From Octopus bimaculoides (taxonomy: Eukaryota), in assembly GCF_001194135.2 (NCBI RefSeq), contig NC_069007.1, positions 821,185-885,184 of the forward strand: a DNA stretch of 64,000 bases. The letters run 5' to 3'. A model generated the notes under the pieces. It did not search any database and was not told where the DNA came from. It was given only the letters and a program-made list of their open reading frames with translations. This document shows, piece after piece, positions 40,724 through 53,943 of this stretch (position 1 is the stretch's first letter; every line of letters starts with the position of its first letter). The position numbers were made by a program, and so were the translations under genes.

Positions 40724-41425
40724 NNNNNNNNNNNNNNNNNNNNNNNNNNNNNNNNNNNNNNNNNNNNNNNNNNNNNNNNNNNNNNNNNNNNNNNNNNNNN
40801 NNNNNNNNNNNNNNNNNNNNNNNNNNNNNNNNNNNNNNNNNNNNNNNNNNNNNNNNNNNNNNNNNNNNNNNNNNNNNNNNNNNNNNNNNNNNNNNNNNNN
40901 NNNNNNNNNNNNNNNNNNNNNNNNNNNNNNNNNNNNNNNNNNNNNNNNNNNNNNNNNNNNNNNNNNNNNNNNNNNNNNNNNNNNNNNNNNNNNNNNNNNN
41001 NNNNNNNNNNNNNNNNNNNNNNNNNNNNNNNNNNNNNNNNNNNNNNNNNNNNNNNNNNNNNNNNNNNNNNNNNNNNNNNNNNNNNNNNNNNNNNNNNNNN
41101 NNNNNNNNNNNNNNNNNNNNNNNNNNNNNNNNNNNNNNNNNNNNNNNNNNNNNNNNNNNNNNNNNNNNNNNNNNNNNNNNNNNNNNNNNNNNNNNNNNNN
41201 NNNNNNNNNNNNNNNNNNNNNNNNNNNNNNNNNNNNNNNAATATATTTAAAGTATAAAGCTTTGTATGAACTTTGTAGTGTTACATACTGATTATCACAC
41301 ATTCTCTGATAATAAGATGAAAACGTTAAAAACAGTGTATGAAAATACATATATGGAAAAATACACATACATATTCTTTGATAATCGAATAAAGTTGAGG
41401 AGGAACTGACCTGGCTTTTTTCTCT

Positions 41426-41483
<58 letters not shown>

Positions 41484-42831
41484 GCGGGGCACAGTAAAGT
41501 GTGAACGCAACAAAATATCGTACTCAGAGTATGGTTCCATACTCCATACTATTATCTACTGTAAGAAGGACGCGTGGCACCAACCTCGGGAGGGGTTAAA
41601 GTGCGGAATATGTCTGCGAGTTAAAAGTTAAGAGGATTAGCTATGAGTTGTATTGGTCAAGCTAATTCGTCACATCGTATTCTAGAAACTGCATTCGCAG
41701 TATTCGCCCCTACTGCTAATTAGGTTTCCCAGATAACGAAAACTAACAGGGGCCCACCTGCACATTTCAGAATATCACATGTTCTGCTTTGTTTTTATTA
41801 TTTACTGCTCCGACACATGTACCACTTTCTCTGTTAATCTTCTTGTAATTACACTGGACCTCTTATGTGTCCATTGTCTGTACTGAGTAAACCACAGGGA
41901 ATTTCTACGTAGACAAGGGTCTATATATTCAGGAGTGCCATCTACCCTAAGGGATTAGTGCCCTCTCCGTTTCCCTGCTATCTTGAAATTTGGTAGGAGG
42001 AAAGTTAAGGTTAAACATTTTCGTTCCAGATTTTGTTTCACTTGGAATTTTAATTCTAATTCTTAAACAGTTTCAGCAAAAAGAGCAACATCTTCAGGAT
42101 AGAATAGCTACCGTGAGCCACCTGTCTCAAATTTCTCCGTTGTGCTCTGGTAGACTATGATAAAAAAGGGCGGATTGATAACCGAAAACTCTTGAACTCA
42201 TACCTGCACACTAAACGCTTTACTCTACTCATTATTAAGTGTCACTTTGCTAGCAGCATCTTGAACATAGCCATTTATCTACTCCTAGCTTTTGCAGCGG
42301 TCACCAGATAAGGGATCAGGGCTCTGTCAAAGTTTTTCTGTTAGTCAACGAACGCTAAATATAATGGTTTTCATTTTGCTAAATATCCTCCCCCTCCTGC
42401 AACAATTGAGGAGATATGATATTTGAAGTGTACTTAGGTGTGTGAGATTATATAGTCATGTGTGCAGCGTGGATATGGGAAACAACGCTTCAGCGGAATG
42501 CATTTACACACACACAAACACACACATACACACAAACACACCAAACAGACGAACGTAAAAAACCAACAACGTTTGTCAAGCGATGGTGGGAAACAAGTAC
42601 AGACACACAGTCACACACAGGCACATACAAATACACACCCACACACGCACTCACATACACATACAAGAACACACACACACACCACACGCATACATATGTA
42701 CAACGGGCTATTTTCATTTTCGATCAACCAAATCCACCCACAAAACTTTGATCGGCCCAGGGCTGTAATAGAAAACACTTGATCAAGGTAATAGGCACCG
42801 GGGTTGAACTCGCCAACAAAAGCTGTACCTA

Positions 42832-42864
<33 letters not shown>

Positions 42865-42974
42865 ATTGTCTGTATACGTATTGTTGCAGCTGTGTGCAAT
42901 AATTCGCAAATCATTGAGCAACATGCGTTTAGTGCAAAGAGTCGTGATAGTTCAAATGTTATATTTATGTCCCT

Positions 42975-43450
42975 GATTACACCTCACACCCCTCCTTGAG
43001 TACGGTCTCTCCCTCCAACCATCCCTCCCTCCTTCCTTTATGATTGTCATTGATTCTTTACAATTATCGTCCACTCCTTGCTGTCGTCAACAGTTACTTA
43101 CTGCGTCTCTTTCCTTACAGTTATTACTGTCTCCCTCCCCCACCCTCGCATTCCCATCGGTTTTATCTCTGTTGTGTGGGAGCTATTCTCTCAACTCGTT
43201 TACACCCCTCCTCAGTTTAATACTCGTCAACCCGGATCTTACAAACACTAAGCCTTTCACTCACTTCAAAATTGATATAAAAATTTGCTCTCTCTTCCAG
43301 CTGTCTCTCTGGCCTTTCACTCCGACCACAGATCGTTCACATTGTACACAGCCAATGCCATTCCAACCTGGAACTCCTTATTCGCCTCCTTCAAAATCCC
43401 CTTGGTGACAAGTCAATGCAATCAAACTGTCAAGGAAATAATACTTAATC
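42975..43450 (+). mobile_element. Decayed CR1/Jockey-group LINE 3' end (RT C-terminal region)
   Basis: Remnants PLLEYG, LLTASL, RFY..C and SF...T..WNSL..S...P follow the RPxLEY...RFY...WNSLP C-terminal pattern of CR1/Jockey-group RTs. Confidence 0.65.
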
Positions 43451-43645
43451 AGGTCCTCTCTCAGTCTGTCTGTCACTCTGTCTGTCTGTGTTTCTGCTTA
43501 GGCTTATGTTTGGAAAGAAATTCCCTGCTTCCTACGAGAAGAAACTGAATCCAAGTCCCCATCTTCGAAACCAATAAAAAACCTACACACACACACACAC
43601 ACGAATTTCGATATGTACATATATATCCTATCTATCTGTGTGTGT

Positions 43646-43770
<125 letters not shown>

Positions 43771-43832
43771 GACAAACATATTTTAACTAACCCAAATTTC
43801 GTTTATGCCTTAACATTGCCTGGCGCTAACAT

Positions 43833-43901
43833 TCCGTTTTATAGTGGTTAGGATTGCTGGCTTTCAACTAGGCGACCCGGGTTCGATTCACGGCATGGGA
43901 A
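43833..43901 (+). pseudogene. tRNA-Glu(TTC) pseudogene
   Basis: TAGTGGTTAGGATT-GCTGG-CT-TTC-AA-CTAGG-CGACCCGGGTTCGATTCACGGCATGGGAA closely follows eukaryotic tRNA-Glu(UUC). The 5' acceptor/D-stem is damaged and the anticodon stem has a mismatch. Confidence 0.8.
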
Positions 43902-44826
43902 CTGTATGTATATGTGCAGGCGTGTGTTAAGAAGCTTGCCTCTCAACAACATGGTTCGGGGTTCAGTCCCACTGTGACACCTTGGGAAAATGCCTTCTAG
44001 TATTGCCTCAGACTGACCAAAACTTTGTGAGTGAATTTGGTCAACGGAAACTGGAAGAAACCCGTCGTATATACATATATGACAGCATTTAGTAATTGAA
44101 GTGATGGCCTACTTCTTTAAAGAAATGTGAATCACCACATAATCACCATGTGTTTGTGTCTGTGTGTGTGTGTGTGGGTGCTTGGAATAATACTGTTCAT
44201 TCTATAGTCTTTTGTTTGCTGTTGTACTGCCGCGCACAACTCTTTAGAATTTCTGATTGGAGGACCTTTGTCAAAGAAGCTGTTTTCAAGATCGGACAAA
44301 CCGTCGTGGTAAATTAGCATATGGCAAAACAAGATGAACTACTAAAGTGTGCGGGTATGCGTATATGCACGTTTAAATCTATATGTGCTCGTATGTTGTG
44401 TTTGTACCTGTGTCTGTGTGTCTATATGTTCTCGTATGTGAGTCTTTGTGTCTGTAACTGTACAGGTTCGAAGTGTGCTGCTGTGTGTGCGTGTTTGTAT
44501 GTGTGCGAAGTGTATTTCTATGTGCTCCTATGTATATGTATATACAACGTGTTACTGTGTGCTCCACTGAATGATTTTGTGTGTGAACACGTGTGTCTGT
44601 GAGTTCGTATGTATGTGTGTGTGTGTGTGTGTGTCCATGTGAGTGTATGTCCATGTGTGTGTGTGTGTCCATGTGTGTACCTGTGTTTAGATGAGCAACA
44701 TGTCGAGGGGCCCTGAGGCCGACCAAGTCTGTTTCTTTGGAAAAAACCGCGACACAGTTTTTTCTAAATAAATCCTTCTGATACTTATAATAAATATTTT
44801 GAGGGACATAACACAAGCGGCCTTAC

Positions 44827-44961
44827 CATATCCTGTTGAAAAAGGGACTCCGGGATTTATACATACATCATACAGATCGAATGTGTTCTGATTTTCAGAT
44901 TTTCATTGTAGCAAAATTATGTTTTCGTTATTATTCAGAAAAATAATGATGGTACACTTAC
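44827..44961 (-). other. Cryptic non-coding RS-exon (135 nt) downstream of the candidate recursive site
   Basis: Begins with GTAAGT at 44961 and ends at ATG|GTAAGG (donor G at 44826). Stop codons in all three frames: GTA AGT GTA CCA TCA TTA TTT TTC TGA; G TAA; GT AAG...CAA TGA. Confidence 0.4.
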
Positions 44962-44997
44962 CTGCAAAGAAAAAAATAGAAAATGGCAAAACGTTAG
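44956..44997 (-). other. Candidate recursive splice site (3' splice site fused to a 5' splice site, CAG|GTAAGT)
   Basis: Minus strand reads catCTAACgttttgccattttctatttttttctttgCAG|GTAAGTgtacc. CTAAC branch point at 44997-44993, branch A 32 nt upstream of the junction. No AG between 45037 and the acceptor. Junction at 44962|44961. Confidence 0.6.
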
Positions 44998-45095
44998 ATG
45001 AGAAACAGACAAAGGATAAAACAAATATATTCATTAACTTCATAATTTCGCTAAATTACCCTCTTTCACGTTCTCTTCGCTTTCTTTTCACTCTC

Positions 45096-45133
<38 letters not shown>

Positions 45134-45693
45134 TGTCTGTGTCTCTCCCCCACTCTCTGTCTCTCTCTCTCTCTCTCTCCCCTTTGCATGTCTGTCTTCT
45201 TTAAGCACGTTAATCTTGATTCAGCAATCCCTCGAATATCGCGGGTGTTACGTTCCCAAACTCCTACGATATGTAAAAATCCGCGAAGTAGAAACACTAC
45301 TGTACTGTATATATATATATATATATATNNNNNNNNNNNNNNNNNNNNNNNNNNNNNNNNNNNNNNNNNNNNNNNNNNNNNNNNNNNNNNNNNNNNNNNN
45401 NNNNNNNNNNNNNNNNNNNNNNNNNNNNNNNNNNNNNNNNNNNNNNNNNNNNNNNNNNNNNNNNNNNNNNNNNNNNNNNNNNNNNNNNNNNNNNNNNNNN
45501 NNNNNNNNNNNNNNNNNNNNNNNNNNNNNNNNNNNNNNNNNNNNNNNNNNNNNNNNNNNNNNNNNNNNNNNNNNNNNNNNNNNNNNNNNNNNNNNNNNNN
45601 NNNNNNNNNNNNNNNNNNNNNNNNNNNNNNNNNNNNNNNNNNNNNNNNNNNNNNNNNNNNNNNNNNNNNNNNNNNNNNNNNNNNNNNNTAATA

Positions 45694-45949
45694 CAGGGTA
45701 TCAACAGATACCACCACGCTGAAAAAATACCAGTCAAATCCTGACTCTAAAACCACGATAAATGTCCACATGGGAGAGCATTATTATTTATGCAAAGCCA
45801 GAAATCCAGGATTTGGAATTATCTTATTATTTTTACTGGTTTATTTGGTCTTCGTCTTCGCTACTCGTGCCATGTGGACATTTATTGTGGTTTTAGAGTC
45901 AGGATTTGACTGCTATTTTTCAGCGTGGCGGTATCTCTTAGATACCCTG
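45694..45949. mobile_element. 256-bp Tc1/mariner-type MITE with ~80-bp TIRs
   Basis: Left arm 45694-45773 and right arm 45870-45949 are near-perfect reverse complements (CAGGGTATC...AAATGTCCACATGG), flanked by TA on both sides. Confidence 0.9.
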
Positions 45950-46474
45950 TATTATAATTTTAAATAATTATTACCTTTGATGGTTTTTATTCCCATGCTG
46001 ACCACTTGATAAGATCAATATTTTAAATATCGATCTTATCCTTATTTATATAAATATATGGATAGGTAGTTAGATAGATAGATAAAGACAGAGAGAGATA
46101 TATATAGTTGGATATAGACAGATATGCGAAGCGGATGTTGAAACGTTGCTGGCTTTCGGTTAAAGAAAATACAGAGAAATCAGCTGACTAGAATTTTATT
46201 CAACACATTCCTCTCTCTCGTTCACACACCTATCGCACGTGTCCTTTTATTGTTGCAGGATTTTGATGGATTTTAAGCGGAAAAAATCGATCCCAGGACT
46301 TATTTTTTAAGCCAAGTACTTATTCTCTAGGTGCCTTTTTCCGAACCGCTAACCCAGCACACCGCTAAATACAGACACAAGCGGTTATCAAGCAATGGAG
46401 GAGGGAGGGACAAACACAGACACAAAAGCACACACAGATAGATGCGCGCACACACACACACACACACATATATA

Positions 46475-47013
46475 GGATCTTTTTTAAAACGGGGGCCACA
46501 TTTTTCATTAACGAAACACTTTTAAACTTGGAACACTGGTAGAATGTGTCATATAAAACATCTTTTTCTCTTAGTCTTCTTAAAAAAAAAAGAAATCCAT
46601 AAATTATTCNNNNNNNNNNNNNNNNNNNNNNNNNNNNNNNNNNNNNNNNNNNNNNNNNNNNNNNNNNNNNNNNNNNNNNNNNNNNNNNNNNNNNNNNNNN
46701 NCCTAACCCTAACTCTAGGGTTAGGGTTAGGCTTAGGGTTAAAGCAAATTTAAAATGAAAAAAAGCAAATAAAACGAAGAATCGTTTGTTTATGTAGTCG
46801 GCACTTAATGTATATCGGCTGAATGGACGTCAGTGATTGGTTGAAATTATCGAAATAAGACAATTTTTTACATGAAATAAATTCGAATACAAAAATATTT
46901 TTCTGTTCTATAACACAAAATAGATAAGTATACGAAGTTTGAAAGTCTTTCGGTACCAAAAACACTACGTAAAACATTAATGAAAAATGTGGCCCCCGTT
47001 TTAAAAAAGATCC
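46475..47013. mobile_element. Non-autonomous TIR DNA transposon containing an internal (CCCTAA)n/(TTAGGG)n inverted array
   Basis: Perfect 37-bp TIRs (46475-46511 and 46977-47013) in TA-rich microsatellite. Internal CCTAACCCTAACTCTAGGGTTAGGGTTAGGCTTAGGGTTA at 46702-46741, next to an N gap. Confidence 0.85.
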
Positions 47014-47415
47014 CATATATATATTTACATATATATATATATGTAATAATATATATATGTATAGGTATATATATATATGTGTATATACATGTGTATGTAT
47101 ATATATGTATATGTATGCATATATATGTATACATACATGTATATGTATATACATATATATTTTGTAGTGAGGATAGTGAATTCGAAGTTTTGACCTTAGT
47201 CTTCATGGGATTGTGTTACAATGGCTAAACTGGCTGAAATTTCGAAATTAGTCTCCAGACTATCGATATTAAATTAGAACAAACATGAACTCTACAAAAT
47301 ATATTGAATTCTCCTTCGAGTTTAATGAAAATTTGTTTTTTTATTTGAACTCTAGATATATGTATATAAGCATTAATATATTACACATGTACACAAACCT
47401 ACACACCCACTCTCG

Positions 47416-47456
<41 letters not shown>

Positions 47457-47588
47457 GAGAGAGAAAGAATGAGAGCAGGAAAGAAGAAACGAGTGAGAGA
47501 GAGAGTGACAAAGGTAAAAATCTGAGTGAGAGAAGAGAAATAAATAAAAGACGAATGAAAGAAAGAGATAGAGACAGATTGAGTGGGA

Positions 47589-47620
<32 letters not shown>

Positions 47621-50600
47621 AACAGAGTTGTATGTGAGTCTTACGGGTGTATGTGTGCGTTTAGTGAACACCTCATGTCCCACTTAAGCTGTGAAATGTT
47701 GATACCGTATTGTTGACATATGGCTTTTCTATCTGTGATCAGAAGTCTATACCTCACCGGAATGCACACAAACTGGTGTCTACCATTTCCACTAAACAGC
47801 ATATAAATACATGACACCTATACACAAGTATGATATATATACGGTGTATATTACTGTTTATATGTGTGTGTGTAAGTATACACGTTTAAAAAATAAATGT
47901 ACTGGAGTCGATATTTCGATAATATTTCATCAAGACAGCGCCTCACCATTGCCGCAGTCTAATGATTGAACGAAATGATGTCTGTCTGTCTATCTATCTA
48001 TCTATCTATATGAATAAGATGGACTCAACAACAAAGAGTACCGAGAACATTCATTTGTAACCACAACAATTGTTTCCACGCAACGTAGTTCCTAGGTCCG
48101 CAGATATTTGCTTATGTAGCTGCTTCCCTGTATTCTGAAATCTTGTTCTGTTTCATCAGGTGATGTATAAATATTGTTTCTGTGTTCCGTAAATTCAAAT
48201 AAATATATGGCGGCTATTTTACAAAATTGCCCGCTTTTTGCATGTTGACGCAAATGGGCAGTCGTCTAGAGAACTTAAGATTCGATTTACATTTCGTTTC
48301 ATCGACCGTGGAAGAACGAAAAGTAAAGTTGACCATGGCCTGATCTGATCTCAGTAGATGAAGGCCACAAACGTTTTACTGATCTCAAAATTAGGTGCCA
48401 TACCGCAAGATATGTGCGACGATATATTTCATTTTGTAAGTGATATGTGCCATGATGACGACGTATTTTGTCGTCTGCTGGTTCGAACAGCGTACCTTCC
48501 CCGGCCGACCCTACTGACTGTGACAGTCCACCATTTATTAATAGTGGACTAGCCCACTTCTCGCCTGGGGACGTCCGCTACAGAAGTAAATCCCTAGATA
48601 TTGCTTCTACTTTATTCTATCCACCCCTGTATTATGAAAGATAAAATCGATCTCAGCGATTTTTGAACTGAAAATACAAAATACTAGAAAATATAATGCG
48701 AGGCATTTTGTCTGAAAGTGAATCTCACTTTTCCTAAACACCACCTTATTATGATTGTAATAAAAAAAATACGATTGTTTTTCTCAATTTGGCCATTATG
48801 GAGTTATTTCTCAACATTTCAACCAAGGAATTGACTTTGGAGTAAACAGACTTTCGAAAACCAGGCGACACCACAACCGCTAAAACAACCCATTTTAGTT
48901 TTAAGAATAGCAGCAGAATTTTCCTTTATGAAATAATGCATTATGTAAATATAGTGATTAGATAAACCGGAGTGAATCGGGACGGTTAATTTTTGTTCAT
49001 TCTTTCAAAACCTCTAATTTTGGCAATTCACAATTTATCTCTTCCCCATTCTCATTTCTAGCAAAATATAAGAAAAACGTAGTCATAGATGCGAAGCATA
49101 GCAACCATAATCTCGTATATCTAGCCACACACACATACACACACACTACACACGCACACACATATATATTCATATATATATTTTATCATTATTAATAAAT
49201 CATAGGGCAGCAAAAAAAATTTTAGAAATTTAATTTACTACCAGAGGTCTAGCGAGAAGAAAGAATTAGTCAATGGACTATATATTATTCAGTTAAAATA
49301 CAGAGATGCCTATAAAAGGACATCTAACCCGCTAGAAAGAGCAGCAAAAAACTCTATACCACAAAAATTAGGGATAATGTGTGTGTGTGTGTGTGTGTGA
49401 ATTTCTGAAGGTCCTCTTTCCACCTTAAAAAAAGACATTTTAAGAACAAATTCTGATATATTCGCAATCTACATGAACTGACGCGTATTTATAGAAAATT
49501 TCATTAAAAGATATTAATTGTTCTGCAAGTTATGAGGCAAAAAACCCTGGGTGCCACACGTATGTAAGAAGGTCATATGTGGCACGATAAATGATGCATA
49601 TCTGACGCAAAAGAAACTCCAGCTGGGGCCAATGAAAGAGCACCACAGATGCATGATTGCCCTGACCACCATATGTACCAACCCTCGCTCGTTGTTTCTA
49701 ATCTAGAGGCATACTTCGATTAGGGCTATTTACTGTAACCATACCTCTCAGAGTCACACATATGTTAACAAATTCTCTGGGGGATAACACCCACCCACTC
49801 CGCCATCACTTTCTATTTCCAGCGGAACTTAGAAATATCGATGAGAGCTTGACTGTTGATAGAATAAATATACCAGGAAGTTATTGAGTTTTTTTTAACA
49901 AAAATGTATTTATCTTGAGCAAGAAGAAATCTAATATTCCTGATACTCTCTCCACTTCATCTCTGTATCTCTCTCTTTCTCTCTGGCAACGCCCCACACA
50001 TATAATATCAGCGACGGTAATCCTATCTATGCTTCAATTTCCTAACCACCAGCAAAGAGCAATGTAGGTACACGTACACACATGTCGAAACCGCACCTTC
50101 GCATTGTCATACTCAGACTAAAACTTATTCCGAGCGTCCTAGGAGCATTATAAGAAAAAAAAATGGCGGTTCAGAGGTCAATCAATGTTGGTTTTGCCAG
50201 GAACATAAGTAAACACAAGAGAGACATCTGAACAACATCTTCCAGATTGGTCTCTGTGTTGTTGTAGAGTTCTTATGGGGATACCTTACCAAAGAAACGT
50301 AAATAACTGGAAGAACAACGCAAAAATAAAAAATAAAAAGACAACTTAGCGACTTGCAAACAGACAGCCTCTCCTCCTCACAACTCATCACATCAACAAT
50401 AACTACAACAACAAATATAACGACAACAAGAAAAGTGGTACAGTGGTGACAACAACAACAATAATGTAACGTGGAAAAGCAAAACGCTTTAGTGTATATT
50501 CGTGTGTTGGAAGGGATGCGTGATTATAGCTGCCATTATAAGAGGACTGTGCCTCCATACGCGTATATAAATATGTGTGTGTGTGTGCGTGTGCAAGTAT

Positions 50601-50949
50601 GTATGTATATGTATGTAAATATGACATATATATATGTATATATACACACACACTCACACTCACTCATTTACTCTCTCTCTCTCTCACAAATATATATATA
50701 TATGCGTTTCATATGTGTTCGTATATGAGTCTAATTCTACGCGCAAGTATATGTAGACTTGCAGGGTTGTATCTGTCCACATGTAGATGTGTATAGGAGC
50801 GTGTGTCACGTGATTATGCATCTGTATTTGAGTGTATTTATGAATGTGTTTCGGTGTACCTGTATGTATTATGTTTATCTAGGTGTGTGTTTATTGGTGT
50901 TTATGTATATGTGTTTGTGGGCATGTGTAAGTGTGATTCTATATCTGTG

Positions 50950-50994
<45 letters not shown>

Positions 50995-51348
50995 TAATAT
51001 ATATATATATATGTGTGTGTGCGTGTGTGTGTGTGTGTATGCTTGCAAGAACGTGTTTGTGTTTATGTGTGTGTGGGTATGATTATGTATGCGTGTGCAT
51101 GTATGTGAGTGCAGTGAACGAAGTGCCAACAATATATTAAAAACAAATAACAACATAAAAAGACAAATGAACATATAAGAGCAAAAACAAAAAAAGAAGC
51201 ACAAAAACATGAATGAACAAACAAACAGAAACATCACAAAATTCTCTTGAAATTACATTTGCCAAATATCGTGTATTCACGTCACGATGCGATTTCCCGC
51301 CGGAACGAAACGGTGGTAATTCGAAATTCTGCTGCTGACAGATCCTAT

Positions 51349-51392
<44 letters not shown>

Positions 51393-51744
51393 AGACATGG
51401 TGTAAATTTATTGAACATAACATACTCTATTTACTTTCATTTTTTTGTTTGTTCTGATCTGTCTTATTATCAAAGTTAACATTCATTTTTAGTCTCTTGA
51501 AACAACAACTGTTTTGACACGGATATCTTTTGTTGCAGTTGAACCCCAAGTCAACGCTTGCTAACTCTATCTGTGATCAGCAACGCTCTAGCGATGACTC
51601 CACCGCCTTTTATTGAACCATGATGCGTCTGTCTATGTGATAGCTCCGTCATCGGCGCTCCACAATGTACACTCACCACTGCCACCAGCTGAAGTTCTTT
51701 CTACTCGTGAATTCCACGCTTAAGTGGTTGATTATCCAGCATTT

Positions 51745-52238
51745 TGCATGGTTCAGTAATCGGACTGCGGCCATGCCGGAGCACCGCCTTGAAGATCTTT
51801 TAGTCGAACGAATCGACCCCTGTACTTCCTTTATTTGAAGCTTTATTCTAAATTATTCCACCGATCCCTTTTACCGAAAAGCTACTTACGGGGGCGCCCC
51901 CCCCCCCAAAAAAAAATAACACTGGTGTTGCGGGATAAACATAAACAGACACACACAGATACACGCACAAACACATACACACATATACATACACATATCT
52001 ATATATGTACAGACACAGACAGGCACACTCACGCACACACGTACACACACATGCACAATCACACACACATATATATATTATATACGACGGTCTTCTTTCC
52101 GTTTTCGTCTGCCAAATTCATTCACAATCTTTTGGTCGGACCGAAGCTATAGTAGAAACACTTGCCCAAGGCGTCACGCACTGGGACTGAAGCTGGAACC
52201 ATGTGGTTGGGAAGCGTTCTCCTTACCACACGGCCACA
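51745..52238 (-). mobile_element. SINE family C (tRNA head, CORE-like segment, internal CA/TA microsatellite, GACTGCGGCCATGCTGGAGCACCGCC tail), near full-length
   Basis: Head GTGTGGTAAG...GGTTC(C)AG(C/T)CCC and tail CCATGCCGGAGCACCGCC. Partial copies at about 8440-8700 (-), 14750-14825 (+), 16600-16680 (-), 21318-21440 (+), 28020-28127 (-), 31811-31966 (+), 42560-42800 (-), 43914-44070 (+) and 46270-46440 (-). Confidence 0.85.
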
Positions 52239-53875
52239 ACAACCTCTCAGGTCGAATCAATGTGATACAATATCCCGAAGTCCAGAGAGAGAGAGGGACA
52301 GTGACACAGAAAGGGAATGTGATGAATCGAGAGAGAAAGAGACAAAGAAGGAGAGTGGTGTCGAGAGGGCGAGAGAGGAAAACGGACCGTAGAGTCAACT
52401 GGTATTTTATCGACCGCAAAACGACTGAAAGACAAAATTGATCTTGTCAGTACTTGAACTCGGGGCGCTGGGAACCTAACCGTATACCACAATATATTCT
52501 GCCCAACACCCTCGTTATTCTACCGACTCACCACCCTCGCAGACCCAGTTCTATGCTTCCACACGGCCTCTTCATTGTGTCAGTGTATTTATGATACCAG
52601 GGTGAGTGTTGAGGGAAAATTGGTTGCTATTACTAGCAAGTACATCGAACAGGTAAAGGCTTGGAAAGAATACATTGTCGTCATAGTTAAGACCCAGGTG
52701 AACCTTGACTTAACAGAGTTCTTATCAAAAGCTCTCCAACCGTGGCTAAATAGTCCCTTTTTCCTTCAGAGGATATGCAGTGTTATTTGAGTGAGATTTG
52801 ACTCTTATTTCCTGCAGATCAACAAACCTTATATGGACGCCTTCATTGTGTATGTCCTGGTGGTGTTATTGATGTTGTTTAGCCACTGGTCAACCCTGAT
52901 CCATCAGGGTTGACTTTAATCAAATCTATTACCACCATGATCACCTCGTCTTTTACTCAAAACACAGTCTTGTGCAACACACTTCATTAAAGAGTGAGGT
53001 TTTCACTTTCAGTACTGCTAATTGATAGAGACGCCACTGCTATTTCTAGCAGCTCCAACAGTCAAGTAAAATGTTCTTCCTTGAGGTGATGTTGCTTTTA
53101 ATGAGGAAGATATTGGTTGTAATTAGCCCCAGGTCAAATGTATTCATCAGAGATTTAATCTAATCTTCCAGCAACAAGCAACCAGTGTTTATTCATTTGC
53201 TGGCATTGTGTATCGAGAAATTTTTTTTTATATGAATATGTCCTTAGTTTTTGAAGACGATAATAAATAATTTGAGGAAATTTCGCTATCTTTTCTGGCA
53301 GGCCACGAGGCCATTAAAAAGCTCATTCTTTAAACTAACTGACAGTGTGATGGAAGATATTTAACACCTATGTTAATTAAAAAAAAAACGAAAACAAGAA
53401 GCAACAACAGGTTTCCGCCACTTTCCACTCGCACATCACGTTAGAATGATTGGGCGAATAAAAAATGTCAAAACGAATTTGTTGCTGGAAAGAAGAAAAT
53501 AAGTAATTAGCTCGTTAATTAGTGCTGACCCACTAAAAAGTTCATCGAAGACTTAATTGCTGTTCTTTCTTACTGCTCACAGCTGTAACTACGACTACAA
53601 CTGCTCTTAAATACTTTGTCTATTATAAATTTATGTTTGAACATTTATAATTGGAAGATGTTGTGCATGTTTCTACATGAATGGCTATTTCTATTATGAA
53701 TTTACTGTATTTATGTTATTTTCATTGTTATTTAATTACGCGGCGACCTGGCAGAATCTTTAGCGCGTCGAGTGAAATGCTTAGCGGCACTGCATCCATT
53801 TTTACGTTCCGAGTCCGGACTCAGAAAACCGCCGCGGTCAACTTTGGCTTTCCTCATTTCGGGATGGATAGTTAG

Positions 53876-53943
<68 letters not shown>

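Noticed and set aside
46702-46741. Ancestral chromosome end-to-end fusion site
   Set aside because: The telomeric repeats sit inside perfect TIRs, so transposon cargo is the simpler explanation.
48350-48385. Hammerhead-like TCAGTA-GATGA...AAACGTT-TTACTGA
   Set aside because: The CUGA core and stem II are missing; too degenerate to call.
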